DNA of 63,880 nucleotides, filler included, from a bacterium (GCA_040757115.1; 5 parts of 5 records of this genome joined end to end with filler, not necessarily neighbours in it), one strand, 5' to 3'. Shown: positions 1-10,955, counted from the first letter of the whole stretch. Numbers and translations: made by a program. The notes: generated from the sequence alone by a model not told the origin.

Positions 1-125
1 GTTTTCCACAATCAATTTCTACCTATTTCTATAAATTTCAATCTATTTCTATTATCTTATCTCCATATCACTCTTATCTCCTTATCCCCTTTCTTACACT
101 TTTGATATATAGCCTGAACGGTTAC
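1..125 (-). mobile_element. GTAAC-TIR miniature element, family A (partial, cut by window start)
   Basis: Matches 61651-61775 and the reverse complement of 41237 onward; ends in the TIR CTGAACGGTTAC. Confidence 0.9.
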
Positions 126-164
126 AGTTTAAGATTATTATTCTTCCCTTACCTTAAAAATGTA

Positions 165-446
165 GTAACCGTTCACCGCAGAGACGCAGAGGAACAGAGA
201 AGATATGGAAATAAATCAGATAACAGAAAAGATTATTGGTGTAGCCATTGAAATACTTATGACCTGCTTGCCGAATGTTCAGCCGGCAAGCCAGATTTGT
301 TAATCCATCCCTGATTTTCATCAGGGCAAGTTTAATGTTGTTGGACTCAAGAGCTTGCACTGATGAAAATCAGGGATGTTAAGCCTATCGTAAATAAATT
401 TTAATTTTCTTCTCTGCGTCTCTGTGTCTCTGCGGTGAACGGTTAC
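165..446 (+). mobile_element. GTAAC-TIR element, family C, carrying an internally deleted GxxExxY gene remnant
   Basis: TIR GTAACCGTTCAC...GTGAACGGTTAC; CCGCAGAGACGCAGAG arms; encodes [17 protein letters not shown]; near-identical to 21369-21661; no TSD. Confidence 0.85.
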
Positions 447-576
447 AAATTCGTGAATCGTGTCCGTTTTCCGTGTCCGTAATTAGGCTGAAGGTTTTTT
501 CTTCCTGTTGTCCTCTGCCTTCTGCCCTCTGTATTTATCCGTGTTAATCCGTGTTGATCAGTGGCTGAATAATTAC
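447..576. mobile_element. Right part of a family B element fused to the preceding family C element
   Basis: Matches ~1269-1398; ends CTGAATAATTAC. Confidence 0.8.
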
Positions 577-613
577 TGTAAATTCAATATTCAAAGTCTA
601 TCTTCAACTACCG

Positions 614-949
614 TTAGACCCCAACTCCTCTTGCAGATTGAGACAGAACTTCAGCAACCCAGGAACCGATATTTTTTCTATCCTTTTCAGCTGCAAGAAT
701 GACTTTGCGATGTTCCTCAGGTGATAGTCTAATAGTGAACCGTCCAGAAAATGGTTTTTCAGGTTTCTCTCTTCGCTCCACACAAAAAGACAAATAATCC
801 TCAATCGAATCCTCAAATGCCTTACGCAATTCCTCAACTGTTTTTCCTTGAAAAGTGATAACATCTCGAATGTTTATTACCTCTCCATGAAAAATATTAG
901 ATTCACTATCAAACTCGACCTGACCCAAATAACCCTTATATTCCATCAT
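614..949 (-). CDS. hicB: HicB-family antitoxin
   Basis: MEYKGY..VEFD....IFHGEV..IRDVITFQG..V.EL..AF..S..DY...PEKPFSGRF.IRLSP signature; overlaps hicA stop. Confidence 0.9.
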   Translation of the reverse strand: MMEYKGYLGQVEFDSESNIFHGEVINIRDVITFQGKTVEELRKAFEDSIEDYLSFCVERREKPEKPFSGRFTIRLSPEEHRKVILAAEKDRKNIGSWVAEVLSQSARGVGV

Positions 950-1200
950 AGTTCCACCTCTGATTCGGTTAAAAATCGACGCATGGAAATCACTGTTCCT
1001 TTATCTGTTTCTTTCCGGGGATGTGGTCGATGAAACACAGCACGCACTCCCTTGAGAGCAATACGTATTCGTGAGCCTCGCCCTTCACTGATTTCCGCCC
1101 CACAAGCCACAAGCAGACTTTCAATATCAGCCCATGGGATATTAGCACGGACTGGCTCTGTAAAAATGGCTTGTAAAGTTTTTCTATGTTTTGATTTCAT
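946..1200 (-). CDS. hicA: HicA-family toxin (mRNA interferase)
   Basis: W.DIE.LL...GA...EG.GSR...FHRPHP motif; directly upstream of hicB. Confidence 0.9.
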   Translation of the reverse strand: MKSKHRKTLQAIFTEPVRANIPWADIESLLVACGAEISEGRGSRIRIALKGVRAVFHRPHPRKETDKGTVISMRRFLTESEVEL

Positions 1201-1228
1201 AACCGTCCTATAACTTAATTACTCAAAC

Positions 1229-1398
1229 GTAACTATTCAGCCATAGATGGACACAGATGAAACATTGAAAATTCGTAAATCGTGTCCGTCTTCCGTGTCC
1301 GTAATTAGGCTGAAGTTTTTTTCTTCCTGTTGTCCTCTGCCTTCTGTCCTCTGTATTTATCCGTGCTAATCCATGTCCATCAGTGGCTGAATAGTTAC
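1229..1398. mobile_element. GTAAC-TIR element, family B (complete)
   Basis: GTAACTATTCAGCCA...TGGCTGAATAGTTAC; homologous to 5840-6026, 12833-13238 and 62523-62842. Confidence 0.85.
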
Positions 1399-1402
1399 AA
1401 GT

Positions 1403-1431
1403 AGTATAACATAGGTTTCAGGTTATGTCAA
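1403..1431 (-). promoter_or_regulatory. Sigma70-type promoter for hicAB
   Basis: TTGACA-17 bp-TATACT on the minus strand, 4 nt from the family B TIR. Confidence 0.65.
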
Positions 1432-1507
1432 ACTAAATTTCCTGGCGGAGGAATTCTCGGTAAAAAATTAGATAGAGGCTCATTATTCCTTATTTTTCTC
1501 TCAAAAT

Positions 1508-1685
1508 ATTTCGACCTGTGCAGGTAGAAAATTAAGGAAGCAGATTTTTAATAGTAAGCGGATTTAACGGATTTAGCGGAAAAAGAAATAAAAAAAATCC
1601 GCTCAATCCGTTTAATCCGCTTACAATAAAAAATGTAATCTGTTTAATCAATTATCCTTTTATTTCTAATTGCACAGGTGGAAAT
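1508..1685. mobile_element. Miniature IR element (ATTTCGACCTGTGCA ends) with nested GTAAGCGG...CCGCTTAC hairpin (1554-1624)
   Basis: 14/15 inverted repeats at 1508 and 1671-1685; related ends at 4234-4248 and ~16752. Confidence 0.6.
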
Positions 1686-1690
1686 TTTAC

Positions 1691-1719
1691 TTGACATCTA
1701 TATTAAAATTTGATACACT
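1691..1719 (+). promoter_or_regulatory. Sigma70-type promoter
   Basis: TTGACA-17 bp-TACACT with extended TG. Confidence 0.65.
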
Positions 1720-1768
1720 AAAGTTGGAAGATACAATTTAATCAATTACCAAAAGGGGGAAGAAAAAG

Positions 1769-4199
1769 ATGTTAAGAAAGATTTTATATCTATCAATTTT
1801 TATTTTTTTGTTACCATTTTTAGCCTTTGGTGAGGAAACCACTTCCTCAATTATCACGGTGGGTAAGGTCTACACAAAATGGAAAGGATTTTTAAACATA
1901 CCTTTCTGGACAGATGCAAGTGTTTCTTTTAATGGAATTTCCCCGGTTACTTTACCCAAAGAGGTAACTGCTTTTCAAATCGGGTTAGATTGGCGTGGTG
2001 AAAATGAGACTCGCGCATCTCAAAAATGCACCATTATTACCCGCATTGAGGCAGAAACTTATCCTAACTCAGGCAAGTGGACACTTTTATTTGAAGAGGC
2101 AAATGAAATGATAGGTCGAGGAGGAGTAATTGAGGAAAGACCTATTGTAACCAGAAATATCCCGCAGGAAAAACCAGAAGTAAGGTATAAAATTACGGTT
2201 AGAGCGACTATGCCGCTTGGGCAAGAACAAAAACCTGAGATTACTTATCTAACCGTGCTCCTTACCTCAAAGGCATATACGACTTACACCTCTATCCCGA
2301 TTCTTCCTATAATGCTCCTTCATGACCCTAATGGTGATGAGAGTTACATTACTCTACAACCAAATACCTCCATTTCTCACTTATTAAGTATTAATTTAGC
2401 CGGGCTGGAGGCAAAAATAGAAAACCAACAAAAGGTGTTTTTTGAAACACAAAAGGCTAAAATAGAAATTAATCCTATGTCAGAAAATACAGTAATGATA
2501 AATTTCATCTCTAAAGAGGCGATAACCTCCGCTGTTTCAAAAGACCCTTGTTTAATTGGAACGGGTCTTGGAGATACTTATGTGGTGATTAAAGATTTAC
2601 CCATAAAATTTAACTTCTCAAAGGCATTTACTCCATTAGGGGAAGAGAAAAGGGCTTTTTCCTGCTGTATCGTTAGTCCACAGGAGGCTGGACTTTCTCC
2701 AGAAAGAGGATTTGATGTTGTCTTAATACCAGCCGCAGCTTTGCGTTCTTACGATAAAGAGTGTCCAATCTTTGGCAATTGGGGACAATTAGGATTAGAT
2801 GACCAGATGAGACAACAATTGATAGAGATGAATATAGGGTGGGATAATATGGTCTCTCCAGAGGAAAAAGATGATGTTATTGACCTCGGCGAGGGATATT
2901 TAAACTTTAAAGACCAAACAAGAAAAGATTACACTCAAGTCTATTTGAACAAGGTTAGTTTTTTTTCAGAGATGGTCATAGAGCCCTATTTTGCAACAAC
3001 AGCAGGGATTCCTGTCTCAAGAGATAAGATGCTTACCGCAATCATCTTAAATGAATCACCTGTAACTAAAAGTGTTCCAAAGGATAATTTAATCGTTACT
3101 TTAGAAGATGACGATAGACAAAATATCCCGGGTGATTTCTTTACTTATCAGTTCTATCTGGATAAACGATTTGGCTCCTTATTAGTTATTACTAAAGATG
3201 ATAAAACTAAACCTCAGACTTTAGATTCACTTTATACCCGAAGTTTCTCATCTAACCCTAAGGAATACTGGACCGAAGACTTAAAAATCATACCCGTAGA
3301 GGTGTCAATTAAGGGATTAGTTACTTCGACTACTGGTGAAGGAATTGGTAGTGTTAGCTTAGAGGTAAGGTTAGATGATAAGGTGGTAAAAGAGGTGATG
3401 ACTAAAGCAGGAGGCACTTATACCATTGATGGATTAATACCAGGGAATAAGTATGTTTTGATACCCAATATCGCCGGCTATCAGTGTAAAACAATAGAAA
3501 TAGAACCTTTTTCGCATAATGAATTAATCCGTGAAATAAATGTAGTTTTAGAACCAATTGTGAAGGAGGTGTTACCAGAAGAAAAAGTTATAGTTGAAAT
3601 ACCACCTGCACCATTAATTCCTGAGCCTGTTCCTCCTAAACCTGAGATAGTGGCTGAGAAAGAAATATCTGAATTGTTAGTTAACAGCAATTTTTCATCC
3701 GCATTAGATGGCTGGAAATTAGTTAAGATTGGTGCAGGCAAAGAGATGTATGCCAGCGTCATCAGGAATGATTTTACCTATCCGTATGCCTTAGAGATTA
3801 AGCGCACAGGTTCTAACCGTGTTCGAGGTGAAATGGGCGTCCGACAGGTATTAAATAAGGATGTCTCTGGATATACTCAATTAGNNNNNNNNNNNNNNNN
3901 NNNNNNNNNNNNNNNNNNNNNNNNNNNNNNNNNNNNNNNNNNNNNNNNNNNNNNNNNNNNNNNNNNNNNNNNNNNNNNNNNNNNACGGGTTTTTATACGC
4001 TCCAAAGATTAATTATCCAGATATAGGGGAAAGGATTGAGCAGGATAAATGGATTATCTACACCTCAAATAATTTATTGGAGTGGACACCCAAACCCAAA
4101 CTGATTAAAGAGATAAAACTATCTGGTAGTGGTTGGGGATTTCACAGTAAGATTGCTAATGTAAAATTGATGGGGGAAAAAGGTTCTGAGCATAGATGA
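1769..4199 (+). CDS. Large secreted hypothetical protein (carboxypeptidase-regulatory-like domain, Pro-rich linker, possible carbohydrate-binding C-terminal domain); spans an N gap
   Basis: Signal peptide; 'IKGLVTSTTGEGIGSVSLEV...T...GTYTIDGL.PG'; after the gap another frame reads GFLYAPKINYP...GSGWGFHSKIANVKL..* to 4199, so the supplied 4012 end is probably a gap artefact. Confidence 0.6.
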
Positions 4200-4266
4200 A
4201 AATATACCATCTGTCCTATCGGCTTATTTCAATTGCACAGCTCGAAATAATTTGCAAAGGTGATTA

Positions 4267-5841
4267 ATGTCTTATCTCGTTTTAGCCAGAAAGTATCGAC
4301 CGAAGATTTTTAGTGAATTAATCGGTCAACCACATATTAAAGAAACCTTAAGCAATGCCATTACTTCTAATCGGTTAGCCCAGGCATACCTATTCACGGG
4401 TTCACGAGGCACGGGAAAAACTACAACTGCCAGAATATTGGCTAAATGTCTAAATTGCCTTAACGGGATGTCGATAACCCCTTGTGGTAAATGTTCTTCC
4501 TGCGAGGAGATTGCTGGTGGCTATTCAATGGATGTTATAGAAATAGATGGGGCATCAAATCGTGGAATTGATGAGATTCGAGAATTACGAGAAAGGGTTA
4601 AATTTCTCCCCGCGAAGGCAAAATATAAAGTTTATATCATTGATGAAGTGCATATGTTGACCAATGAGGCTTTTAATGCCTTATTAAAAACCCTCGAAGA
4701 ACCACCTCCTCATGTTATATTCGTTTTTGCAACTACTGAACCTCATAAAGTTCCCCAGACTATCCTTTCAAGATGTCAACGGTTTGATTTTAAAAGAATA
4801 CCAATATCTGAAATTTGTAAATTATTAAAATACATTGCAGAAGAAGAGAAAATCGAAATAGACGATTTAACATTAATTTCTATCGCCAAAGCCGCAGAAG
4901 GAAGTATGCGAGATGCAGAATCTATTTTAGACCAGGTAGTTTCTTATTGCGGGGATAAGGTTTCACAGGAGGATGTCGTAACTATCCTCGGCATAGTAAA
5001 ACAAGAGGTGTTATTTACCTTTTGCGAGGCAATAATTGCCGCCTCAGCAAATAAAATAATTCAACTCTTAAATGAGATAATTGATAAAGGATTAGATTTA
5101 TCACAGTTTGTTCGTGAGTTGATGATGCATCTACGGAATTTACTTATAATTAAAACAGGTTGCCGTCCTGATTCAGTCATTGACCTGACTTCAGAAGGGA
5201 TAAAATTATTAGAAAGCCAATCATCACAACTTGGACAGGAACAACTTTTAAATCTGATTGAAGCACTTCAAAAGGCAAATGAAAATATGCGATTATTTCC
5301 ACTCCAGGCAAGATTAATATTAGAAATAGCCTTGATAAAGATGATTCAGGGAAATAAGCCCAGGATAGAGGAAGTGAAACAAGAGGTTGTTTGGACTCCG
5401 CCAAAAGAATTATTTGTGAAAGAACCAATAGAGGAGGTTAAAGCACCTGTTGTTACCCCGAGTAAGGAATTTGAGAATCAATCTTTAGAGTTTTCTTTAG
5501 AGCAGATAAAAAATATTTGGCCAGAAATCCGAAAAAATATTAAAAATGAAAAACCGGCTTTAGATACCTGTCTGGCATTGGCTGAGATTACGGATTTAGT
5601 TAATCAGACCATTATCATTGGGTTTAAAAGGGGTGATTCATTTCATAAAGAAAGAATAGAACGCCTTGAGAACAAAGACTTTATTCAAGAACAGCTTAAA
5701 AAAATAACAAACTGTAACCTGCACATCAAAACGATATTTATTGATGGAGCATCAATAGAGGAGGGAAAAACTGTAGTCAGTCCGAAGGTATTGGATATGG
5801 TTTTTAAAGTTTTCCCGGAGGCACAGATAATAGAAGGTTAG
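4267..5841 (+). CDS. dnaX: DNA polymerase III subunit gamma/tau
   Basis: [19 protein letters not shown], Zn-binding cysteines, [12 protein letters not shown]. Confidence 0.97.
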   Translation: MSYLVLARKYRPKIFSELIGQPHIKETLSNAITSNRLAQAYLFTGSRGTGKTTTARILAKCLNCLNGMSITPCGKCSSCEEIAGGYSMDVIEIDGASNRGIDEIRELRERVKFLPAKAKYKVYIIDEVHMLTNEAFNALLKTLEEPPPHVIFVFATTEPHKVPQTILSRCQRFDFKRIPISEICKLLKYIAEEEKIEIDDLTLISIAKAAEGSMRDAESILDQVVSYCGDKVSQEDVVTILGIVKQEVLFTFCEAIIAASANKIIQLLNEIIDKGLDLSQFVRELMMHLRNLLIIKTGCRPDSVIDLTSEGIKLLESQSSQLGQEQLLNLIEALQKANENMRLFPLQARLILEIALIKMIQGNKPRIEEVKQEVVWTPPKELFVKEPIEEVKAPVVTPSKEFENQSLEFSLEQIKNIWPEIRKNIKNEKPALDTCLALAEITDLVNQTIIIGFKRGDSFHKERIERLENKDFIQEQLKKITNCNLHIKTIFIDGASIEEGKTVVSPKVLDMVFKVFPEAQIIEG

Positions 5842-6026
5842 AGGGCAGAGGGCAGAAGGCAGAGGGCAGAGGGCAGAGGGCAGAGGGCAGAAGGCAGAGG
5901 GCAGAAGGCAGAAGGCAGAGGACAACAGGAAGAAAAAACCTTCAGCCTAATTACGGACACGGATACCGGACACAATTTACGAATTTTCCGTGTTTCATCC
6001 GTGTCTATCTGTGGCTGAATAATTAC
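5840..6026. mobile_element. Family B element, one end missing, with expanded AGAGGGC/AGAAGGC heptamer tract
   Basis: ~11 heptamers at 5840-5920; ends CTGAATAATTAC. Confidence 0.8.
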
Positions 6027-6029
6027 TTT

Positions 6030-6100
6030 TTATATTTGCTGCTCTTTGGAGGAAATTGACCCGTTTAAAAACTACAATTTCCTGGTTTTGCAGAACTCTA
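6030..6100. mobile_element. Right end of family E element (TTTTGCAGAACTCTA)
   Basis: Matches 23740-23822. Confidence 0.7.
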
Positions 6101-6133
6101 ATTTACCAAAGAAAAGGAGGGATAAGTTAAAAA

Positions 6134-6454
6134 ATGGAGTTTCAAAACATTCTTAAACAAGTTCAAGAGATGGGAACACAATTTAAAAAGGTTCAAAAAG
6201 AACTGGCTTCTAAAAAAGTCACCGCCAGTGTTGGTGGTGGGATGGTTCAAGTTACGGCTAATGGACAAAAAGAAATCATCAGTATTACCATAGAAAAAGC
6301 CATAATTAATCCTCAAGAAAAGCAGATGTTAGAGGATTTAGTTTGTGCCGGGGTAAATGAGGCACTTTCAAAGGCACAAGATTTAGCCGTAGAACAAATG
6401 ATGAAAACGACTGGTGGGATGAACATCTTTGGATTATTAAAAGGGTTGGTTTGA
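6134..6454 (+). CDS. ybaB: YbaB/EbfC nucleoid-associated protein
   Basis: [27 protein letters not shown]; dnaX-ybaB-recR synteny. Confidence 0.95.
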   Translation: MEFQNILKQVQEMGTQFKKVQKELASKKVTASVGGGMVQVTANGQKEIISITIEKAIINPQEKQMLEDLVCAGVNEALSKAQDLAVEQMMKTTGGMNIFGLLKGLV

Positions 6455-6458
6455 AAAA

Positions 6459-7055
6459 ATGTATTTAACCCCTTCTATGACCAAATTAATAGAAGAATTA
6501 TCTAAATTACCTACAATTGGGCCAAAAACTGCCTCCCGATTAGCATTTTATATCTTGAAAACATCACCCGAAGAGACAAAAAGATTAGCCAGAGCAATCC
6601 TTGAGGTAAAAGAAAAGGTTAAAAATTGCTCGATTTGCTATAACATCACAGAACAAGACCCTTGTGATATTTGTCAGGACATTAAAAGGGATAAAAAAAT
6701 AATCTGTGTGGTAGAACAGGCTCAAGATATAATGGCGGTGGAAAAGACAAGGGAATATAAAGGAACTTACCATGTCTTGGGCGGGGCTATTTCACCCCTG
6801 GATGGTATTAGTCCAGAACATCTACGGATAAAAGAATTAGTCAAAAGGATTGAGAGTAATCCATTAGAGGAAATGATTATCGCAACCAATCCAAATGTAG
6901 AAGGTGAAGTAACCGCACTTTATCTGACTAAATTAATCAAACCGCTGGGAATAAAATTAACCCGAATAGCCTATGGCATACCTGTTGGTGGAGATCTGGA
7001 ATATGCCGATGAGGTTACATTAGCTAAGGCGCTGGAAGGAAGGATACAACTATAG
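6459..7055 (+). CDS. recR: Recombination mediator RecR
   Basis: [14 protein letters not shown]4 zinc finger, [13 protein letters not shown], Toprim ATNPNVEGE. Confidence 0.97.
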   Translation: MYLTPSMTKLIEELSKLPTIGPKTASRLAFYILKTSPEETKRLARAILEVKEKVKNCSICYNITEQDPCDICQDIKRDKKIICVVEQAQDIMAVEKTREYKGTYHVLGGAISPLDGISPEHLRIKELVKRIESNPLEEMIIATNPNVEGEVTALYLTKLIKPLGIKLTRIAYGIPVGGDLEYADEVTLAKALEGRIQL

Positions 7056-7149
7056 AAAATTATAGGGTTTCACGAAATTAAAAGGAGGTAATTGGTCACT
7101 AATTACCATTCACCAGTTACCAATTACCAGAAAATAGGAGGTATTTAAA

Positions 7150-8025
7150 ATGTTTAAAGGTTCAATTGTTGCTCTGGTAACACCATTTAAAGATGGTCAG
7201 GTAGATAAGGAAAGGTTGTTGGAATTAGTTGAGTTTCATATTCAAGAAGGGACAGATGGGATAGTACCGTGTGGGACTACTGGTGAATCAGCGACTTTGT
7301 CCCATGATGAACACAAAGAGGTCGTAACTCTGGTTGTCAACGCAGTAAATAAACGAATTCCAGTGATTGCCGGGGCGGGGTCAAATTGCACGCGGGAATC
7401 TGTTGATTTAGCTCATCATGCGAAAAAGGTAGGTGCTGACGCTATTTTAGCCGTAACACCTTACTACAATAAACCAACACAAGCCGGACTATATGAACAC
7501 TACGCCACCATTGCTAAAGAGGTTGATATTCCACTTATTCTTTATAATGTTCCAGGTAGAACCGGCGTAAATTTACAACCTGAAACCGTGGCAAAACTAT
7601 CTAAAATCAACAATATTGTTGGAATTAAAGAGGCATCGGCAGATTTAAGACAACAAACTAAAATTGTTGAGCTTTGCCGTCCAGATTTTGCCTTAATCTC
7701 TGGTGATGATTTTACACTACTACCAACATTATCTATTGGTGGAGTAGGCGTTATCTCAGTCGTCGCAAACATTGTCCCAAAAGATATGGCAAATTTAATT
7801 AAAGAGTTTAACAAAGGCAACTTTGATGAGGCGAAAAGATTACATTATAAAATATTTCCTTTATGTGAGGCTTGTTTTATTGAGACAAGTCCGGTGCCTG
7901 TAAAAGAGGCATTAGGAATAATGGGTAAGATATTGCCAGAAGTAAGACTACCTTTAGTCCCATTACAAGAAACTAATCGAGAAAAACTACGGCAAACTCT
8001 AATTACCTATGGGATAGGCGTTTAG
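7150..8025 (+). CDS. dapA: 4-hydroxy-tetrahydrodipicolinate synthase
   Basis: GTTGES, YNVPGRTG, GIKEAS motifs. Confidence 0.96.
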   Translation: MFKGSIVALVTPFKDGQVDKERLLELVEFHIQEGTDGIVPCGTTGESATLSHDEHKEVVTLVVNAVNKRIPVIAGAGSNCTRESVDLAHHAKKVGADAILAVTPYYNKPTQAGLYEHYATIAKEVDIPLILYNVPGRTGVNLQPETVAKLSKINNIVGIKEASADLRQQTKIVELCRPDFALISGDDFTLLPTLSIGGVGVISVVANIVPKDMANLIKEFNKGNFDEAKRLHYKIFPLCEACFIETSPVPVKEALGIMGKILPEVRLPLVPLQETNREKLRQTLITYGIGV

Positions 8026-8081
8026 CAGATAGTTGAGCGATTACAAAGAGGGTGTTGAAAAAGTCCTCGCACCCAACAAGG

Positions 8082-10020
8082 GGAGAGCGTTGCAAATAAG
8101 ATTGGGATTTAATGCAGGTTTTATTTAGTAATGGAGAGATAGAACTTGCCAAAGTAGGAAAAGAGATATAAAATTGGAACTTGACATCAAAGGAGGGTGT
8201 AGAATTAGGGAGTTATGGATTTGGTAGTAGCGTGAGAGGGCCTAATGTTTTGGATAAAATAAGTCGATAAAGATAACAGAAGTAAGTCTAAATTCTTTAG
8301 GAGGGGAGTAATGAATACAAAAGAGGACTTCTGTTATCAGGGTATTTCATTTCAGTCCGAAGAGGATAGTGGCGTTGGGGGAGGACTGGAAATCAAACAA
8401 GATGGGAATCGATTTTGTGTCATAGGCCGAGGGTTTAATATCGGCTGGTTACTGGATACTGCTTCGAATCGAAAGGCGGTGTTAGTGTTTATCCGGCTAT
8501 TTCGAGACAAGGCAGGCAAACCATTATATACCCATCAGGAACTTTCAGAGATAGTGGGGAGTAAGAATCGGCAGGCTTCAAGCAGTCATATGGAACAATT
8601 TCATGCTTGTGGTGGCGATATATTGAAGTTTCTGAGTCGTCGTCGCAAGGTAGATGGAGAGGTAGTAGGAGCAGTATTATCAGAGTTAAAGAAGGATCCT
8701 TTAAAGGCAAAGAATGAATTATGTCAGGAAGTGAAGAGGAGGCTTAGTAGGGATGACCTGACGGAGATGAATATTCAAGCAGCGTTAGAGCAAATACCGT
8801 ATGAACCATTATACCGTAGGTTAAGAGAGCAGTTGAACAAAGGGGAGGTGCATTATCAAGAGGACTATCTTTTGCAGGAGGTAATGAATAGTTTTAGTTC
8901 CTGTGGAGGCGAGCAGGGAGGTATGATGCTGGGAGAAGTGGAAGGGATGAAGGTATCAGATCCGACAGGGATACGGAATTTGTTAACGCCGGAAGTAAGT
9001 TTATCCTGCATCAACAAATCGTTGCAGATAGTATGTTTTGTGATGGCCTTGTATCATCATGAGGTTGGATTGTCTGTTCTGGGTAAATGGTTGAAGGTTC
9101 ATAAGACTACGATATTACGATGGATACTTGGGTTATCATTGGAGCTTTGGCCAATAGTGTGGAGTTGGGTAAAGAAGGGGGTGAAGACGAGGAAGGTCTA
9201 TATAGATGAGAAATGGCTGAAGATTCAAAAGAGATGGTATTATTGGTTTGTCGTTTTGGATGAGGGGACAGGTTTACCGATAATAACTTCACTTTTAGCA
9301 TCTCGAGGGGTATGGGCATGTCGGTGGATAGGCTATCAGATGAAGAAGTTGGGTCAAATTCCTAAAGCAATTATCACGGATGGAATGGTAACATATAAAT
9401 ATCTCAAGGAGATCTTAGGAAAAGATGTTGAGCATCTGTTGTGCCATTTTCATTATCAACAGGTTACCAGCCGATGGGTCAAAGAGAACTTCAAAGGGAA
9501 TGAACAACTTATTAAGCAGCGTAAGAAAGAGTTGAAGGAGGTCTTACAAACTAACGATAAGCGGACGGTCAAGCGGCGTTTTGAGAAACTTAGAGGAATG
9601 GCCGAAATAATGGGGATACAAAGATGGGTTTCGAATATGGAGGAAGCATTGCCGAAGCTTTTACCTGCTATTGGAAGCAAGAAATTTCCTAAGACCAATA
9701 ATGCGATAGAGCGATTCTTTAGAGATTTTAATCAATTTTACAAAAGAAGGTGTGGATTCTTTTCTGTCATGAGTGCCAGGAGAGAAATCATCAGTTTTTT
9801 GGTAATGTACTTATTTCTTCAGCAGCCAGGTAGTTGCAAGGCTCCACTTGAAATGATTATGCCAGAAGTAAAAAATATGCCTTTCTATCAACTGGTTAAC
9901 AATCCACTGGGTTGCCTGTTAGGACTACAAAATGTCAAGTTAAATAAAAATATGGCAGAAAATAGAACAAAACAATGCCTCGGACCTTAAATATAACGCC
10001 AAACCTTATGCAACACTCTC
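8082..10020 (+). mobile_element. Insertion sequence with imperfect TIRs
   Basis: Left GAGAGCGTTGCAAATAAG (8082); right revcomp GAGAGTGTTGCATAAG (10020); encloses a transposase; no TSD; extra end-like GAGGGTGTTGAAAAAG at 8048. Confidence 0.75.
8311..9990 (+). CDS. DDE transposase (IS6/IS240-like core with Mutator-like CxxH motif; family uncertain)
   Basis: HTH (VHKTTILRW), YIDEKW, IITDG, LCHFH, TNNAIERFFR. Confidence 0.85.
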   Translation: MNTKEDFCYQGISFQSEEDSGVGGGLEIKQDGNRFCVIGRGFNIGWLLDTASNRKAVLVFIRLFRDKAGKPLYTHQELSEIVGSKNRQASSSHMEQFHACGGDILKFLSRRRKVDGEVVGAVLSELKKDPLKAKNELCQEVKRRLSRDDLTEMNIQAALEQIPYEPLYRRLREQLNKGEVHYQEDYLLQEVMNSFSSCGGEQGGMMLGEVEGMKVSDPTGIRNLLTPEVSLSCINKSLQIVCFVMALYHHEVGLSVLGKWLKVHKTTILRWILGLSLELWPIVWSWVKKGVKTRKVYIDEKWLKIQKRWYYWFVVLDEGTGLPIITSLLASRGVWACRWIGYQMKKLGQIPKAIITDGMVTYKYLKEILGKDVEHLLCHFHYQQVTSRWVKENFKGNEQLIKQRKKELKEVLQTNDKRTVKRRFEKLRGMAEIMGIQRWVSNMEEALPKLLPAIGSKKFPKTNNAIERFFRDFNQFYKRRCGFFSVMSARREIISFLVMYLFLQQPGSCKAPLEMIMPEVKNMPFYQLVNNPLGCLLGLQNVKLNKNMAENRTKQCLGP

Positions 10021-10073
10021 GCTTTTATCCCATTAAAGTTTTTTGAAATCTCCTTTACTTCAAGAACATTCAT
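10021..10073 (-). pseudogene. livG: 5' stub of branched-chain amino-acid ABC ATPase truncated by the IS
   Basis: Reads MNVLEVKEISKNFNGIKA just after livM and ends exactly at the IS right end. Confidence 0.75.
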
Positions 10074-10085
10074 CTCTCTCTACCT

Positions 10086-10955
10086 TTACTCAAATTTGTA
10101 TTCACCTGCAATCCCTTGAGGTCGAAAATACATAAAGCCGATGAGAAGCAGGGCATAAATCATCTGCCGCAGGTTAGCGGCTACTGAATCTGGGATCCCG
10201 AGGAATCGTAAGACTTCCGGGATAATAAGGAGAAGAACTGTTCCAACAACCGGTCCTTTCAGATTGCCCATTCCGCCAACAATGATAATGGTAGCAATGA
10301 ATATTGACTCCTCTAATGTGAAGCTTGTCGGGTCGATGTAAGTAACATAATGGGCAAAGAGACTTCCGGAAATAGCTGCCATTCCAGCCGCAATAAGGAA
10401 GGCAAGAACCTTTACTCTGAATACATCCTTGCCCAGGGCCTGGGTGGCTAACTCATCCTCTCTGATTGCCTTTAATAATCTTCCAAAGGGAGAGACAAGA
10501 ATTCTCCTTATCACAAAGAAAGAGCCTGCCACGATAATAAGGGTTAGCAAAAAGTATTTCGGCAAGGTGGAGAACTCAAATCCAAATAGTGATGGGACAG
10601 GTATACCAGGTATCCCATAAGGCCCTCTGGTAAGACCAATCCAGTTATACAGGATAGTAAATACAATGAGTTGGAATCCGATGGTGGCTAAGATAAAGTA
10701 GTCTCCCTTCAGGCGGAGGGATGGAAGAGAGACACACAGGCTTATAGCCATTGCCCCAAGAATACTTAGCGGAAGAGCTAAAAAGAAGTTTAGCCCCAGT
10801 TTCACCATCAGCAGGGTTGATATATAAGCCCCTATTCCATAAAAGGCAGCATGGCAAATAGAGAGAAGCCCGGTATAGCCTATTAGCAGGTTAAGGGAAA
10901 AAGCCAGGATGAGGTAGATATTTATCATAATCAAGATATGAAGTAAATAATTCAT
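10086..10955 (-). CDS. livM: Branched-chain amino-acid ABC permease
   Basis: GYTGLLS..HAAFYGIGAY, LRLKGDYF, FGRLLKAIREDE. Confidence 0.92.
   Translation of the reverse strand: MNYLLHILIMINIYLILAFSLNLLIGYTGLLSICHAAFYGIGAYISTLLMVKLGLNFFLALPLSILGAMAISLCVSLPSLRLKGDYFILATIGFQLIVFTILYNWIGLTRGPYGIPGIPVPSLFGFEFSTLPKYFLLTLIIVAGSFFVIRRILVSPFGRLLKAIREDELATQALGKDVFRVKVLAFLIAAGMAAISGSLFAHYVTYIDPTSFTLEESIFIATIIIVGGMGNLKGPVVGTVLLLIIPEVLRFLGIPDSVAANLRQMIYALLLIGFMYFRPQGIAGEYKFE

Noticed and set aside
154-360. Repeated small ORFs MQALE... (also 21316-21576) and ORFs at 508, 12983, 13059, 27097-27592, 46062, 60261, 62541
   Set aside because: Lie within or antisense to the repeat elements; recurrence reflects the DNA repeat, with no RBS or protein motif
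8311-9990. This transposase as the mobiliser of the GTAAC elements
   Set aside because: Its ends (GAGAG(C/T)GTTGCA) do not match the GTAAC TIR
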